Below are positions 19,590 through 29,089 of a stretch of 64,000 nt of DNA, piece by piece. The DNA is taken from assembly GCA_942492335.1 (NCBI GenBank), contig CALOEN010000002.1, forward strand, positions 60 through 64,059, in the 5' to 3' direction. Origin of the DNA: an uncultured beta proteobacterium (GTDB lineage Bacteria > Pseudomonadota > Gammaproteobacteria > Burkholderiales > SG8-41). The notes below the pieces were generated by a model. That model was not told the DNA's origin. It saw only the letters and a list, made by a program, of their open reading frames with translations, and made no database searches. The position numbers and the translations under genes are program-made. How positions within the stretch are numbered: position 1 is the stretch's first letter; each line of letters opens with the position of its first letter.

Positions 19590-20867
19590 CTATTTTGCTT
19601 CGTAGACGATCAGGCCTTCGACCAGGGTTTGCCGGACCTTGCCTTTGAGCTCGAGGCCAAGATACGGCGTATTTTTACCCTGGCTTTTCAGTGCGGCCGG
19701 TTCGACTTTCCAGCAGCGTTCGGGATCGAAGACGCAAATGTCTGCAGTGCTACCAGCAGACAAATGGCCGGCGTCGATATTCAGGATGCGCGCCGCATCC
19801 GTGGTGATTTTCGCCAGCGCGGCAGAAAGCGGAATGTTGCTTTCTTCGGCCCACTTCAGGGTGAGCGGCAGCAACAGTTCCAGCCCGGTGGCGCCACTCT
19901 CGGCTTCGGCGAAAGGCACCTGTTTGACGTCCTCGTCTATCGGCGTGTGATCCGAGCAGATCGCATCGACCGTGCCATCGGCCAGCGCGAGGCGCAGCGC
20001 ATCGCGGTCGCGCCCGCTCCTCAACGGTGGCGTCAGGTGACAGTTGGGATCAAAGTAGCTGAGGTCCATCTCGGACAGATGTGCGTGATGGACGGCGATG
20101 TCGCAGGTCACGGCTATGCCCAGTTTTTTGGCCTGGCGCACCATGTCGACGCCATCGGCACTCGAGAGCCGGCAGATATGGATGCTGGCGCCGGTTTCGC
20201 GCGCCAGCAGCAGGAACGTGGCCAGCGCGGTGGTTTCTGCGCAGACCGGTATCGCCGGCAGGCCGAGCCGCGTCGCCACCTGGCCGTCATGGGCGACGCC
20301 GTTTCGCGCGAGTGTGGCATCCTGTGCGCGCAACCAGACCGTGAATCCGAAAGTTGCCGCATATTGCAGGCCGCACAACAGCACATGGTTGTCCCTGATG
20401 GGCGCATCCGCTTGCGAGAACGCCACGCAGCCAGCGTCGACCAGTTCCGCCATCTCGGTGAGGCGCTCGCCTTTGAGCGCCTGAGTCAGCGCCCCGATCG
20501 GATAGACATGGGCTTGATGAAGATTCCTCGCGCGGAATTTGAGCATCTCGACGAGCCCGGGTTCATCCAGCGGTGGATCAGTGTCAGGCGGGCAGGCCAG
20601 ACTGGTAACGCCGCCGGCGATCGCGGCCACCATCTCCGATTCCAGCGTGGCCATGTATTCGAAACCGGGTTCGCGCAGGCGCGCGGAAAGATCGACCAGT
20701 CCCGGGCATACGATCATCGAGGAGGCATCGATTACGCGATTGGCGGAAAAGCCGTTGGGCGCGCTGCCGACCGCCACGATCTTGCCGGCGGCAATGAATA
20801 CATCCTGCTGTGCGTCAATGCCGTTTTTGGGGTCGATCAGCCGGCCGTTTTTGATATGTATCTTCAT
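19590..20867 (-). CDS. Dihydroorotase-like protein, probably the non-catalytic PyrC' partner of aspartate carbamoyltransferase
   Basis: It has the amidohydrolase fold and DHOase length, but the first zinc-binding motif DLHVHLREPG reads DLSARLREPG and the later HxxH reads HICR. It is adjacent to pyrB. Confidence 0.8.
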   Translation of the reverse strand: MKIHIKNGRLIDPKNGIDAQQDVFIAAGKIVAVGSAPNGFSANRVIDASSMIVCPGLVDLSARLREPGFEYMATLESEMVAAIAGGVTSLACPPDTDPPLDEPGLVEMLKFRARNLHQAHVYPIGALTQALKGERLTEMAELVDAGCVAFSQADAPIRDNHVLLCGLQYAATFGFTVWLRAQDATLARNGVAHDGQVATRLGLPAIPVCAETTALATFLLLARETGASIHICRLSSADGVDMVRQAKKLGIAVTCDIAVHHAHLSEMDLSYFDPNCHLTPPLRSGRDRDALRLALADGTVDAICSDHTPIDEDVKQVPFAEAESGATGLELLLPLTLKWAEESNIPLSAALAKITTDAARILNIDAGHLSAGSTADICVFDPERCWKVEPAALKSQGKNTPYLGLELKGKVRQTLVEGLIVYEAK

Positions 20868-20874
20868 GATGCTT

Positions 20875-20971
20875 GGTAATGAGTAATGGGTAATGGGTAA
20901 TGTGAGTTACCCGAGACCCGACTGCCGGTGACCGGGGGTTTACTCTTTACCCATGGTTCATTACTCATCAC
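20875..20971. repeat. Inverted tandem-heptamer array: GGTAATG AGTAATG GGTAATG GGTAATG (20875-20902), core, then TTTACTC TTTACCC ATGGTTC ATTACTC ATCAC (20938-20971)
   Basis: Read directly. It fills the gap between the pyrB stop (20976) and the pyrC' start (20867). Confidence 0.9.
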
Positions 20972-20975
20972 GATT

Positions 20976-21944
20976 TCAGTTTCCCGCGAGTATGCTCATC
21001 ACCGCCATGCGGATGCCAATGCCGAATGTAACCTGCGGCAGGATTACCGACTGCCCGCCGTCGGCCACGCTGGAATCGATTTCGACGCCGCGGTTCATCG
21101 GTCCCGGATGCAGCACGATGGCATCAGGCCGGGCCAGCGCGAGCTTGTCTTCGGTGAGGCCGTAATACTTGTAGAATTCCTGGGCCGAGGGCAGCAGTGC
21201 GCCCTGCATGCGCTCGCTTTGCAGCCTGAGCATCATGACTACATCTACGTCTTTCAGGCCCTTGTGCATATCATGATAGACGCGCACCCCGAGCTTCTCG
21301 ACGTGGCTGGGCAGCAGGGTTTTTGGCCCGATGACGCGGATTTCAGGACAACCCAGGGTCGTCAGGGCGTGGATCTGCGAGCGCGCGACGCGGGAATGCA
21401 GAATGTCGCCGATTATCGCCACCCGCAGCGAAGAGAAATCCTTTTTGTAGTGACGGATCGTGAACATGTCGAGCAGGCCCTGCGTCGGATGCGCGTGGCG
21501 CCCGTCGCCGGCGTTGATGACATGAATTTCCGGGGCAACATGGCGCGCAATCAGGTGCGGCGCCCCGCTCGCGGCGTGGCGCACGATGAACATGTCGGCC
21601 TGCATGGCCGCAAGATTCGCCACCGTATCGAGCACGCTCTCGCCCTTGGACTGCGACGATTGGTTGATGGCCAGGTTGATGACGTCGGCCGACAGGCGCT
21701 TGGCCGCGATCTCGAACGTGGTGCGGGTGCGCGTGCTGGGCTCGAAGAACAGGTTGAATACCGCTTTGCCGCGTAACAGCGGCACTTTTTTTACGTCGCG
21801 CTGGGTCACGCCCACGAAGGATTTGGCGGTGTCGAGGATTTGCCACAGAATGGCTTCAGGCAGACCTTCCAGCGTGAGCAGATGATGCAGCTCGCCGTTT
21901 TTGTTGAGTTGCGGGTTGGAAGAATTGAGCCACATGCCGGTCAA
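20976..21944 (-). CDS. pyrB: Aspartate carbamoyltransferase catalytic subunit
   Basis: STRTR carbamoyl-phosphate motif ([12 protein letters not shown]), HPTQ and HPGPMNRG motifs. Confidence 0.96.
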   Translation of the reverse strand: MTGMWLNSSNPQLNKNGELHHLLTLEGLPEAILWQILDTAKSFVGVTQRDVKKVPLLRGKAVFNLFFEPSTRTRTTFEIAAKRLSADVINLAINQSSQSKGESVLDTVANLAAMQADMFIVRHAASGAPHLIARHVAPEIHVINAGDGRHAHPTQGLLDMFTIRHYKKDFSSLRVAIIGDILHSRVARSQIHALTTLGCPEIRVIGPKTLLPSHVEKLGVRVYHDMHKGLKDVDVVMMLRLQSERMQGALLPSAQEFYKYYGLTEDKLALARPDAIVLHPGPMNRGVEIDSSVADGGQSVILPQVTFGIGIRMAVMSILAGN

Positions 21945-22444
21945 TTCTCGCGCATGACCAGTTCCAGGCGCCCGTTGCTGTCGCGTCTGAGCTCGATGGT
22001 CTGGTTGGGGGCGGCGGAAATGGTGGCGCCTGCAAACTGGGCGGCGACCGGCAGCTCGCGCCCGCCGCGGTCGACGAGCGCCGCCAGGCGGATGCTCGCG
22101 GCGCGCCCGTAATCGAACAGTTCGTTCATCGCGGCGCGTATGGTGCGCCCGGTATACAGGACGTCGTCGACCAGAATCAGGTGGCGGCCCTCGACTTCGA
22201 ACGGGATGGAAGAGGTTTTGACGTTGCGGTGCAGCCCGATTTTTTCGTAATCGTCCCGGTAGAACGATACGTCGAGTGTGCCGAGCGGGATTTTGAGCTG
22301 GAGGTCGCGGTGCAACCGTTCGGCAATCCAGGCGCCGCCGGTATGAATGCCAATCAAACCGGTCTCGGGCCCGACTTCGGGCCGCATTTTGTCAGTGAGC
22401 GCCTGGAGCAACTGCTCGGCGTCAGGTAGCGATTTTCCCGGCAT
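21941..22444 (-). CDS. pyrR: Bifunctional pyr operon regulator / uracil phosphoribosyltransferase PyrR
   Basis: PRPP-binding [17 protein letters not shown]. The likely start is ATG 22442-22444 ([13 protein letters not shown]). It overlaps the pyrB start by 4 nt. Confidence 0.9.
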   Translation of the reverse strand: MPGKSLPDAEQLLQALTDKMRPEVGPETGLIGIHTGGAWIAERLHRDLQLKIPLGTLDVSFYRDDYEKIGLHRNVKTSSIPFEVEGRHLILVDDVLYTGRTIRAAMNELFDYGRAASIRLAALVDRGGRELPVAAQFAGATISAAPNQTIELRRDSNGRLELVMREN

Positions 22445-22523
22445 GAGGTATGGTTTGTATGCGGCCGCTAGGGTAACACATCTGGGCGCCAACCTTAAGA
22501 GGTCCCGGGCGCCGTGGTGAAGA

Positions 22524-22997
22524 TTATTTTTGGGTGGATGAAAAATAGGCCGCGAGTATCTCGCGCGCCGCCGCCTGATCAAGCGCTCCCTTGAGCTTGG
22601 CGCCGCGGACGCCCGCTTCGCGCAACGCGGCTTCGGCCGCCCATGAGGTCAGCCGCTCATCCACCATCTGTACCGGGATGCCAAACCGGCCCTCGAGGCG
22701 CTGGGCAAAGCGGCGGCACAACCGGCTTATTTCGTGCTCGGTGCCGTCGGCGTGTGCCGGCAGTCCGACGACCAGGCAAGCCGGCTGCCATTCCGCAATC
22801 AGGGCGCCGATGGCGGCAAAGCGGGCGCTGTTGTCCTCGGCAGCGATGGTGGTGAGTGGGTGGGCAAGGCCGGTCTGGGTGTCGCCGACCGCAACACCGA
22901 TGCGCTTTTCCCCGAAGTCGAACGCCAAAACCGTGCCGGTTTTGGCGGAGTGTTGAGTGGTTTTCAGGCCCTGGGGTTTTAACTTATCACTCATCAC
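22524..22997 (-). CDS. ruvX: Holliday junction resolvase-like protein RuvX (YqgF)
   Basis: GTVLAFDFGEKRIGVAVGD and the C-terminal DERLTS motif. The annotated N-terminus MMSDK is encoded by the TCATCAC repeat array, so the true start is uncertain. Confidence 0.85.
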   Translation of the reverse strand: MMSDKLKPQGLKTTQHSAKTGTVLAFDFGEKRIGVAVGDTQTGLAHPLTTIAAEDNSARFAAIGALIAEWQPACLVVGLPAHADGTEHEISRLCRRFAQRLEGRFGIPVQMVDERLTSWAAEAALREAGVRGAKLKGALDQAAAREILAAYFSSTQK

Positions 22998-23011
22998 TCA
23001 TCACCCATGAC
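22984..23011. repeat. Tandem heptamers TTATCAC TCATCAC TCATCAC CCATGAC (single arm) between the yqgE stop and the ruvX start
   Basis: Read directly. On the minus strand it reads GTGATGA-type units. Confidence 0.85.
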
Positions 23012-23016
23012 CGGCG

Positions 23017-23576
23017 TCAGGCATGCCCGGCTTCTTCCGACAGGTTGGCGTAGTCCACGCCGAGCAGGCCCATCGCCGCCGCCAGCCTTTCCTCGGCCGG
23101 CAGTTCGAACAATATCTCGGGGCTGGCCTGGACCGTGAGCCAGGCGTTGTTGGCGAGCTCGTGTTCGATCTGGCCCGGCGCCCAGCCCGCATATCCCAAA
23201 GTGATGAGCATCTGCCGCGGGGCCTCGCCGCGGGCAGCCGCCTGCAGTATGTCCTTCGACGTGGTCAGGCCGATATCCGTGCCCACGGCCAGCGTGGACT
23301 GCCACTGTCCCGGCGGGGTGTGCAGCACGAAGCCGCGGTCGGTCTGTACCGGGCCGCCAAAATGGACCGGGAGCGAACCGAGGGCGCCTGCAGCGGATGT
23401 GATGCCCACCTGCTCGAGCAGCCTGTTCAGGCTCATATCGATAGGCCGGTTCACCACGATGCCCAGCGCGCCCTGATCGTTGTGCTCGCAAACAAAGGTC
23501 AGCGATTTGGCAAAATGCGGATCCACCATGTTGGGCATGGCGATGAGAAAGTGCTGGGTGAGGTTAACTTTTTGCA
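23017..23576 (-). CDS. yqgE: YqgE/AlgH family protein (UPF0301)
   Basis: [45 protein letters not shown] is the typical family N-terminus, with the start at ATG 23574-23576. The remaining 256 upstream codons of ORF 23017-24345 run through a non-coding element. Confidence 0.87.
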
Positions 23577-23680
23577 TGGGATATTGTAAATCCGGGACAC
23601 CCCCGCCACAATTAAAATCACGGCTGCCCGATCCCGATGCTATCGTCGCGCGGCGTTCATCAATCACAGTATTGCTGAAC

Positions 23681-24362
23681 TTAGAGCCCGTAACATAATG
23701 AAACACGTGTGCGTTGCAGCCAAAATTGGTGCTGACGCGAAGGGTGGCGCAGAGCATATCGCGGCGGCTGCGACTCGTTAGCCGCAGGCCCGTTTGCGGG
23801 AGCAGCCGCTGAAGCCCCGGGACGCCATCGCATCCACACGCCGCTTGGCGCCCCTGCCCGCACCACGCTGCGCGAGACCGAGTCCGGGGCGCATGGTCAA
23901 GCCGGCCGACAAAGTGTCCCGTGCAGGGCGGAGCAGGTTCCAAGCGTTCTATGCTTGGATGCGACCCCGGAGCGGGACGTAAGCGCGCCATCATGCACGG
24001 GCCTAACGCACGCCTGCGCGGTCGCATCCCCGCGAGCGGGGCGCGTCGGAGGGCGGAAGAGGGGCCCCTTTGGGGATCTGACCCCGCAGACGCGCATGGG
24101 ATCGGCTTTGACACGACGCGCTCACGATCGGCTCCACGGTCGCATCCCGCAAGCGGGTCCCTGCTCCACGTTGCGCCGATCCCTGCTCCACGCTTCGGCG
24201 CGCCGCCGGTTTTGGCTGCAACCCTTTGGGCTGGCACGAGTTTTGGCCCATGGCATTGTCGCTCCCCTTGCCAATATTCGCGATATTGGCTGCGGTGAGC
24301 TTCGCGCCCTGAGCCAAAATCGTGCCAGCGCATCGCGTGTTTCATTATGTTACGGGCTCTTA
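23681..24362. mobile_element. Non-autonomous TIR element (MITE-like), ~676 bp, no ORF, flanked by a TTA direct duplication
   Basis: GAGCCCGTAACATAATGAAACACG at 23684-23707 has its exact reverse complement at 24336-24359. TTA lies immediately outside both ends (23681-23683 and 24360-24362). The interior is GC-rich, rich in hairpins, and has no convincing coding frame. Confidence 0.6.
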
Positions 24363-24456
24363 AACAGGCGCTTGAGGTGATGGGCGGGGCCGGTCGTGCG
24401 CGCGACGAAACCCCGCGGCTCGCGGCGCCGGGTGTTGCCGCTCACTGCTTACTGAT

Positions 24457-25914
24457 TTACTTGCGCCAGAATGTCGGCGTAAAGATGATGAGAAAGGTGA
24501 ACAGTTCGAGACGTCCGAGCAGCATCGCGAAGGTGCATACCCAGATCTGGAAATCGGTCAATATTGCAAAATTGGTGGCCGGCCCCACCTGGTGCAGGCC
24601 GGGGCCGATATTGTTGAGCGTGGCGACCACGGCCGAAAAAGCAGTCAGGACATCGAGACCCGACGAGCCGAGGATCAAGGTCATGCTCACCAGCATTGCC
24701 ACCCACATGAAGAAGAAAGCCAGCACCCCGAACACCACCTGATTGGGAACCACCTGGCCGGCGACTTTTAACGGCACCATTGCATTGGGATGGGCCAGTT
24801 TTCTGAACTCGCGGTAGACCTGACGATACAGGATGATGGCGCGCATCATCTTGATGCCGCCGCCGGTGGATCCGGAACAGCTGAGGAAAGTGCCAAGGAA
24901 CAGCACCCACATCGGGGCGAAAACCGGCCACAGGCTGTAATCCGCGGTGGCATAGCCGGTGGTGGTGCCGACCGAAATTATGTTGAACGCGGCATAACGC
25001 AACGCTGTGGTGAAGTTCGGATAATCGCCGGCAAGCCACAGAAACAGGGAGATGCCCAAAATGCTGAGCCCTACAACGAGGGCAAAATAGCGCACCTCCG
25101 TGTCGCGCAGGTAAGGGGTAAGGCGCGCTTGCCGTAAAGCCAGGAAATGGGTGGCAAAGCTCATGCCCGCAAGCAGCATGAATACGATCGCAACGGTCTC
25201 GATGACAGCGGAATTAAAGTAGCCAAAGCTGGCATCGTGCGAGGAGAATCCGCCCAGGGACAGCGTGGTGAAACTGTGGATCAGCGCATCGAGCCAGCTC
25301 ATGCCGGCAAGGTGGTAGCTCAGCAGGCATGCCAGCGTCAGCCCCGCATAAATCAGCCATAGCCCTTTGGCGGTCTGGGTCAGGCGCGGGGTGAGCTGGT
25401 CCTCTTTCATCGGTCCGGGAATTTCAGATTTCGAGATCTGGCGGCCGCCGACGCCGAGCATCGGCAGTATCGCCACCACCAGCACGATCACGCCCATGCC
25501 GCCCACCCACTGCAATTCGGCGCGCCAGACATTGACCGACGGCGGCAGGTTGTCGAGTCCGTGAAGTATGGTGGCGCCGGTGGCCGTGAGACCGGATACA
25601 GCTTCAAAGTAGGCGTCGGTGAACGACAGTTCTGGGATTGAAAGCAGCAATGGAATGGCGGCGAACAATGCGCCGCCCGTCCACACCAGCACCACCAGCA
25701 GAATGCCTTCGCGCAGGCTGAGTTCGCGCTGATGCTTGCGTGTGGCAAGCCACAGCAGCACCCCGATTGCGAAGTTGATTGCCATAGAAAATGCGAAGTT
25801 CAGGGTATTGCCGTCTGCTAAAATCACTGAGATTGCTAGCGGCAGCAGATGGGACAGGCTCATCGCCATCGCAATGATGCCGAGTATGGGAAGAACGGCA
25901 AGCAGCCAACTCAT
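24457..25914 (-). CDS. trkH: Trk-type potassium uptake protein TrkH
   Basis: 485 aa polytopic protein with repeated selectivity-filter-like segments (TATGAT, SLGGFS, TTTGY, STGGGI). Confidence 0.92.
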   Translation of the reverse strand: [485 protein letters not shown]

Positions 25915-26010
25915 TCTTGATTGATCCCGGGCCGGTTGTTATGGTGTGAACGCTCAGACGAGCGTTCAGCAAACTTTACCAGAGGGTAGGGGTAGGGGGC
26001 ACCTGGTTTA

Positions 26011-27469
26011 TCACTTGCGCCAGAACGCCGGCGTGAATATCACGAAAACCGTGAACAACTCGAGCCGGCCGACCAGCATCGCGACCGAGCATACCCAGAT
26101 CTGGAAATCGGTGAGCGATGCGTAAGTGGTCGCGGGGCCGATCCGGTTCAGGCCCGGCCCGGTGTTGTTGATGCAGGCGATTACCGCCGTGAGCGCCGTG
26201 ACCAGATCGAGTCCTGAAACCAGCAGCAGAAAAGTCATCAGGGTAACGCTTGCGCCATAGAGCGACATGAACGCAAGCACCGCGAATACGATACGGTTTG
26301 GCACCACCTGGGCGCTTACTTTCACCGGCACCTGCGCCTGTGGATGGATAAGCTTTACCATTTCGCGCAGCCCCTGCAGGAACAGCAGTTGGGCGCGTAT
26401 CATCTTGATGCCGCCGCCGGTCGAGCCTGAACACGATGCAAAGCTGCATAGAAACAACATCCACAGCGGCGCGAAAATTGGCCACAGGTTGAAGTCCGTG
26501 CTGGCGTAGCCGGTCGTGGTTGCGATCGACACGGTGTTGAAACTTGCATAGCGCAGCGCGGAAGTGAAATCCGGATAGACGTTGTTCAGCCACAAATACA
26601 GGGCAAGCATTACGCAACTCGCAAGTGTAATGATAACGAACGGCAGCGCCTCGGCGTCGCGTTTGAACGGGACCAGGCTTTTCTGGCGCCACGCTGTGAA
26701 GTGCGTGCCAAAATTAATGCCCGCGATCAGCATGAACACGATGGCGATAGTCTCGATCAGCGGCGAGTTGAAATAGCCATAGCTCGCGTCGTGACTGGAG
26801 AAACCGCCCAGGCTCATGGTGCTGAAACTGTGGATCACCGCATCAAACACCGTCATGCCCGCCGCCCAGTAACCCAGGGCGCAAGCCAGCGTAATGCCGG
26901 CGTATACCAGCCACAAACCCTTGGCGGTCTCAGTGATGCGCGGTGTGAGCTTGGCGTCTTTCATTGGCCCGGGCGTCTCGGCCTTGTAGATCTGCCTGCC
27001 GCCGACGCCCAGCAGGGGGAAGGATGGCCACAGCCAGGACGATGATTCCCATGCCGCCCAGCCACTGCAACAAGGCGCGCCAAAAATTGATGGAAGGCGG
27101 CAGTTTGTCGAGACTGGAAAGCACGGTGGAGCCGGTAGTGGTCAAACCGGCCATGCATTCAAAGTAGGCGTTGGTGAAGGACAGATGCTGCATGTAAAAC
27201 ATGAGCGGGAGCGCGGCAAATACCGGCAGCACCGACCATACCAGCGTGACCAGCAAAAACCCGTCCCGAATCTGCAGGTCACCTTTTTTGCGGTGTGTGG
27301 CCAGCCACATCGCACCGCCACAGCTCAGCGTGATGGCCAGTGATTCATCATAGGCAAAGATAGCAGCATCCTGGTACCACAAAGCGACCCCCAGCGGTAA
27401 CAGCATCATTATGCTGAAGATCACTATGACCAGGCTCAGGACGTGTACGACGACGGCGACGCGGTGCAT
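26011..27469 (-). pseudogene. trkH: Second TrkH paralogue, frame broken once at a G5 (C5 on the coding strand) run at 27015-27019; possibly a sequencing error
   Basis: ORF 26930-27469 (N-terminal 140 aa collinear with trkH) and ORF 26011-26964 (remainder) join as [31 protein letters not shown] if one C is removed from ttCCCCCtg. Confidence 0.85.
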
Positions 27470-27521
27470 GTGGGCCGGGTGGTGGACTTATGAAACGGAT
27501 GGGCAGCGGGTAATCGCGTGC

Positions 27522-28943
27522 CTAGAAGAAGCCGAGATCGACCTGGAACAGTTTCTCGACCTTGGCAACCATGCGTTTGTTGATGACAAATACGATCACG
27601 TGGTCGTCAGGCTCGATTATGGTGTCGTGGTGCGCAATGATCACCTGATGATCGTAAACCGGTTTGCCATCGCCGTTTTTCGGGCCGGCGCGCTCATGGC
27701 GACGGACGACGGCCCCAATGGTCGTGCCTTTCGGAAGATCAATTTCCTCGACGCGTCGCCCGACCACCTTGGAGGACTTGGCATCCCCGTGCGCCACCAG
27801 TTCCAGGGACTCGGCCGCGCCGCGCCGCAGCGAGTGCACGGCAACGCAGTCACCGCGCCGCACATGCGCGAGCAAGGTGCCGATCGTCGCCTGCGCCGGA
27901 GAGATCGCAATATCGATCTGGCCGCTTTGCACCAGGTTGACATAGGAGCTGCGATTGATGAGCGCGATCACCTTGCGCGCGCCCATGCGCTTGGCGAGCA
28001 GCGAGGACATGATGTTGGTCTCGTCGTCATTGGTGAGCGCGCAGTACACATCCATCTCGCCGATGTTTTCTGTTTCCAGCAGATCTTCGTCGGTTACGTC
28101 ACCTGACAGAACCAGGGTTTTGTCGAGTTCCGCGGCAAGGCGTTCCGCGCCGGTTTTGTTGTACTCGATGATTTTGACCGCGTAGCGGTCTTCCAGCGCA
28201 AGGGCAAGCCGGCGCCCGATATTGCCGCCGCCGCCGATCATGACGCGCTTGACGGGCTTGTCCATGCGCCGAAGTTCACTCATCACTCCCCGGATGTTCT
28301 CGGTGGCAGCAAGGAAGAACGCCTCGTCGCCTGCCTCAATTATCGTGTCGCCCTCGGGGATGATCGGACTGCCTTGGCGGAAAATGGCCGCCACGCGGGT
28401 GTCGATTTGCGGCATGTGGGTGCGCAGGTATTGCAGTTCCTTGCCGACCAGCGGGCCGCCGTGAAATGCGCGTACTGCGACCAGGCTGACTTTGCCCTCT
28501 GCAAACTCGACTACCTGCAGGGCTTCCGGAAATTCGATCAGTTTGCCTATGTAATCGGTCATGATCTGCTCGGGACAGATCGAGAAGTCGACCGCAAAGT
28601 TCTCTGAAGAAAAGATTTCAGGATGAGACAGATAATCGGCGGAACGGATGCGCGCGACTTTGGTCGGGATGTTGAACATCGTCGCCGCCAGCTTGCAGGC
28701 GACCATGTTGGTCTCGTCGCTCTGGGTGACGGCGAGGATCATGTCGGCATCGCGCGCGCCGGCCTGTTCGAGGATTGCGGGATGGGCGGCGTTGCCGGTC
28801 ACGGTTCGCAGATCTAACCGGTCCTGCAGTGCTCTGAGCCGACCCGGGTCGGTGTCGATGACAGTAATGTCGTTGGCCTCGGACACCAGACTTTCGGCGA
28901 CCGAGGAGCCGACCTGTCCTGCTCCCAGTATGACTATTTTCAA
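27522..28943 (-). CDS. trkA: Trk system NAD-binding subunit TrkA
   Basis: Two Rossmann RCK-N domains (MKIVILGAGQVGSSVA and VMIGGGGNIGRRLA). Confidence 0.95.
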   Translation of the reverse strand: MKIVILGAGQVGSSVAESLVSEANDITVIDTDPGRLRALQDRLDLRTVTGNAAHPAILEQAGARDADMILAVTQSDETNMVACKLAATMFNIPTKVARIRSADYLSHPEIFSSENFAVDFSICPEQIMTDYIGKLIEFPEALQVVEFAEGKVSLVAVRAFHGGPLVGKELQYLRTHMPQIDTRVAAIFRQGSPIIPEGDTIIEAGDEAFFLAATENIRGVMSELRRMDKPVKRVMIGGGGNIGRRLALALEDRYAVKIIEYNKTGAERLAAELDKTLVLSGDVTDEDLLETENIGEMDVYCALTNDDETNIMSSLLAKRMGARKVIALINRSSYVNLVQSGQIDIAISPAQATIGTLLAHVRRGDCVAVHSLRRGAAESLELVAHGDAKSSKVVGRRVEEIDLPKGTTIGAVVRRHERAGPKNGDGKPVYDHQVIIAHHDTIIEPDDHVIVFVINKRMVAKVEKLFQVDLGFF

Positions 28944-29089
28944 GCTGGTCTTCCCGCAAAAACCGCGATTCTATGCCGCTTGGGTGCAACAGGCCAGATT
29001 ACTTCGGCGGAACGCCCCGGTCGGGTTGTCGCCTTGTGGCATGAACAAGCGCTGTCTGAAACCCTAGCATATGTCATAATTTTAACACG

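Noticed and set aside
23957-24160. CRISPR-like units: CGGTCGCATCCCCGCGAGCGGGG resembles type I-E repeats, and two copies lie 118 nt apart.
   Set aside because: There are only two similar copies in the same orientation, and the intervening position expected for a repeat does not match. There are no regular spacing, leader or cas genes. The units lie inside a TIR-bounded element and are better explained as internal hairpin modules.
23577-24345. A 256-codon N-terminal extension of the yqgE ORF (ORF 23017-24345). Similar upstream extensions occur in ORFs 16812-17651, 21941-22582, 42885-43685, 57402-58820 and 59634-61169.
   Set aside because: The extensions are Arg/Pro/Gly-rich with no homology-like features. 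They cross repeats or the MITE. The conserved family N-termini with good start and RBS contexts lie further downstream.
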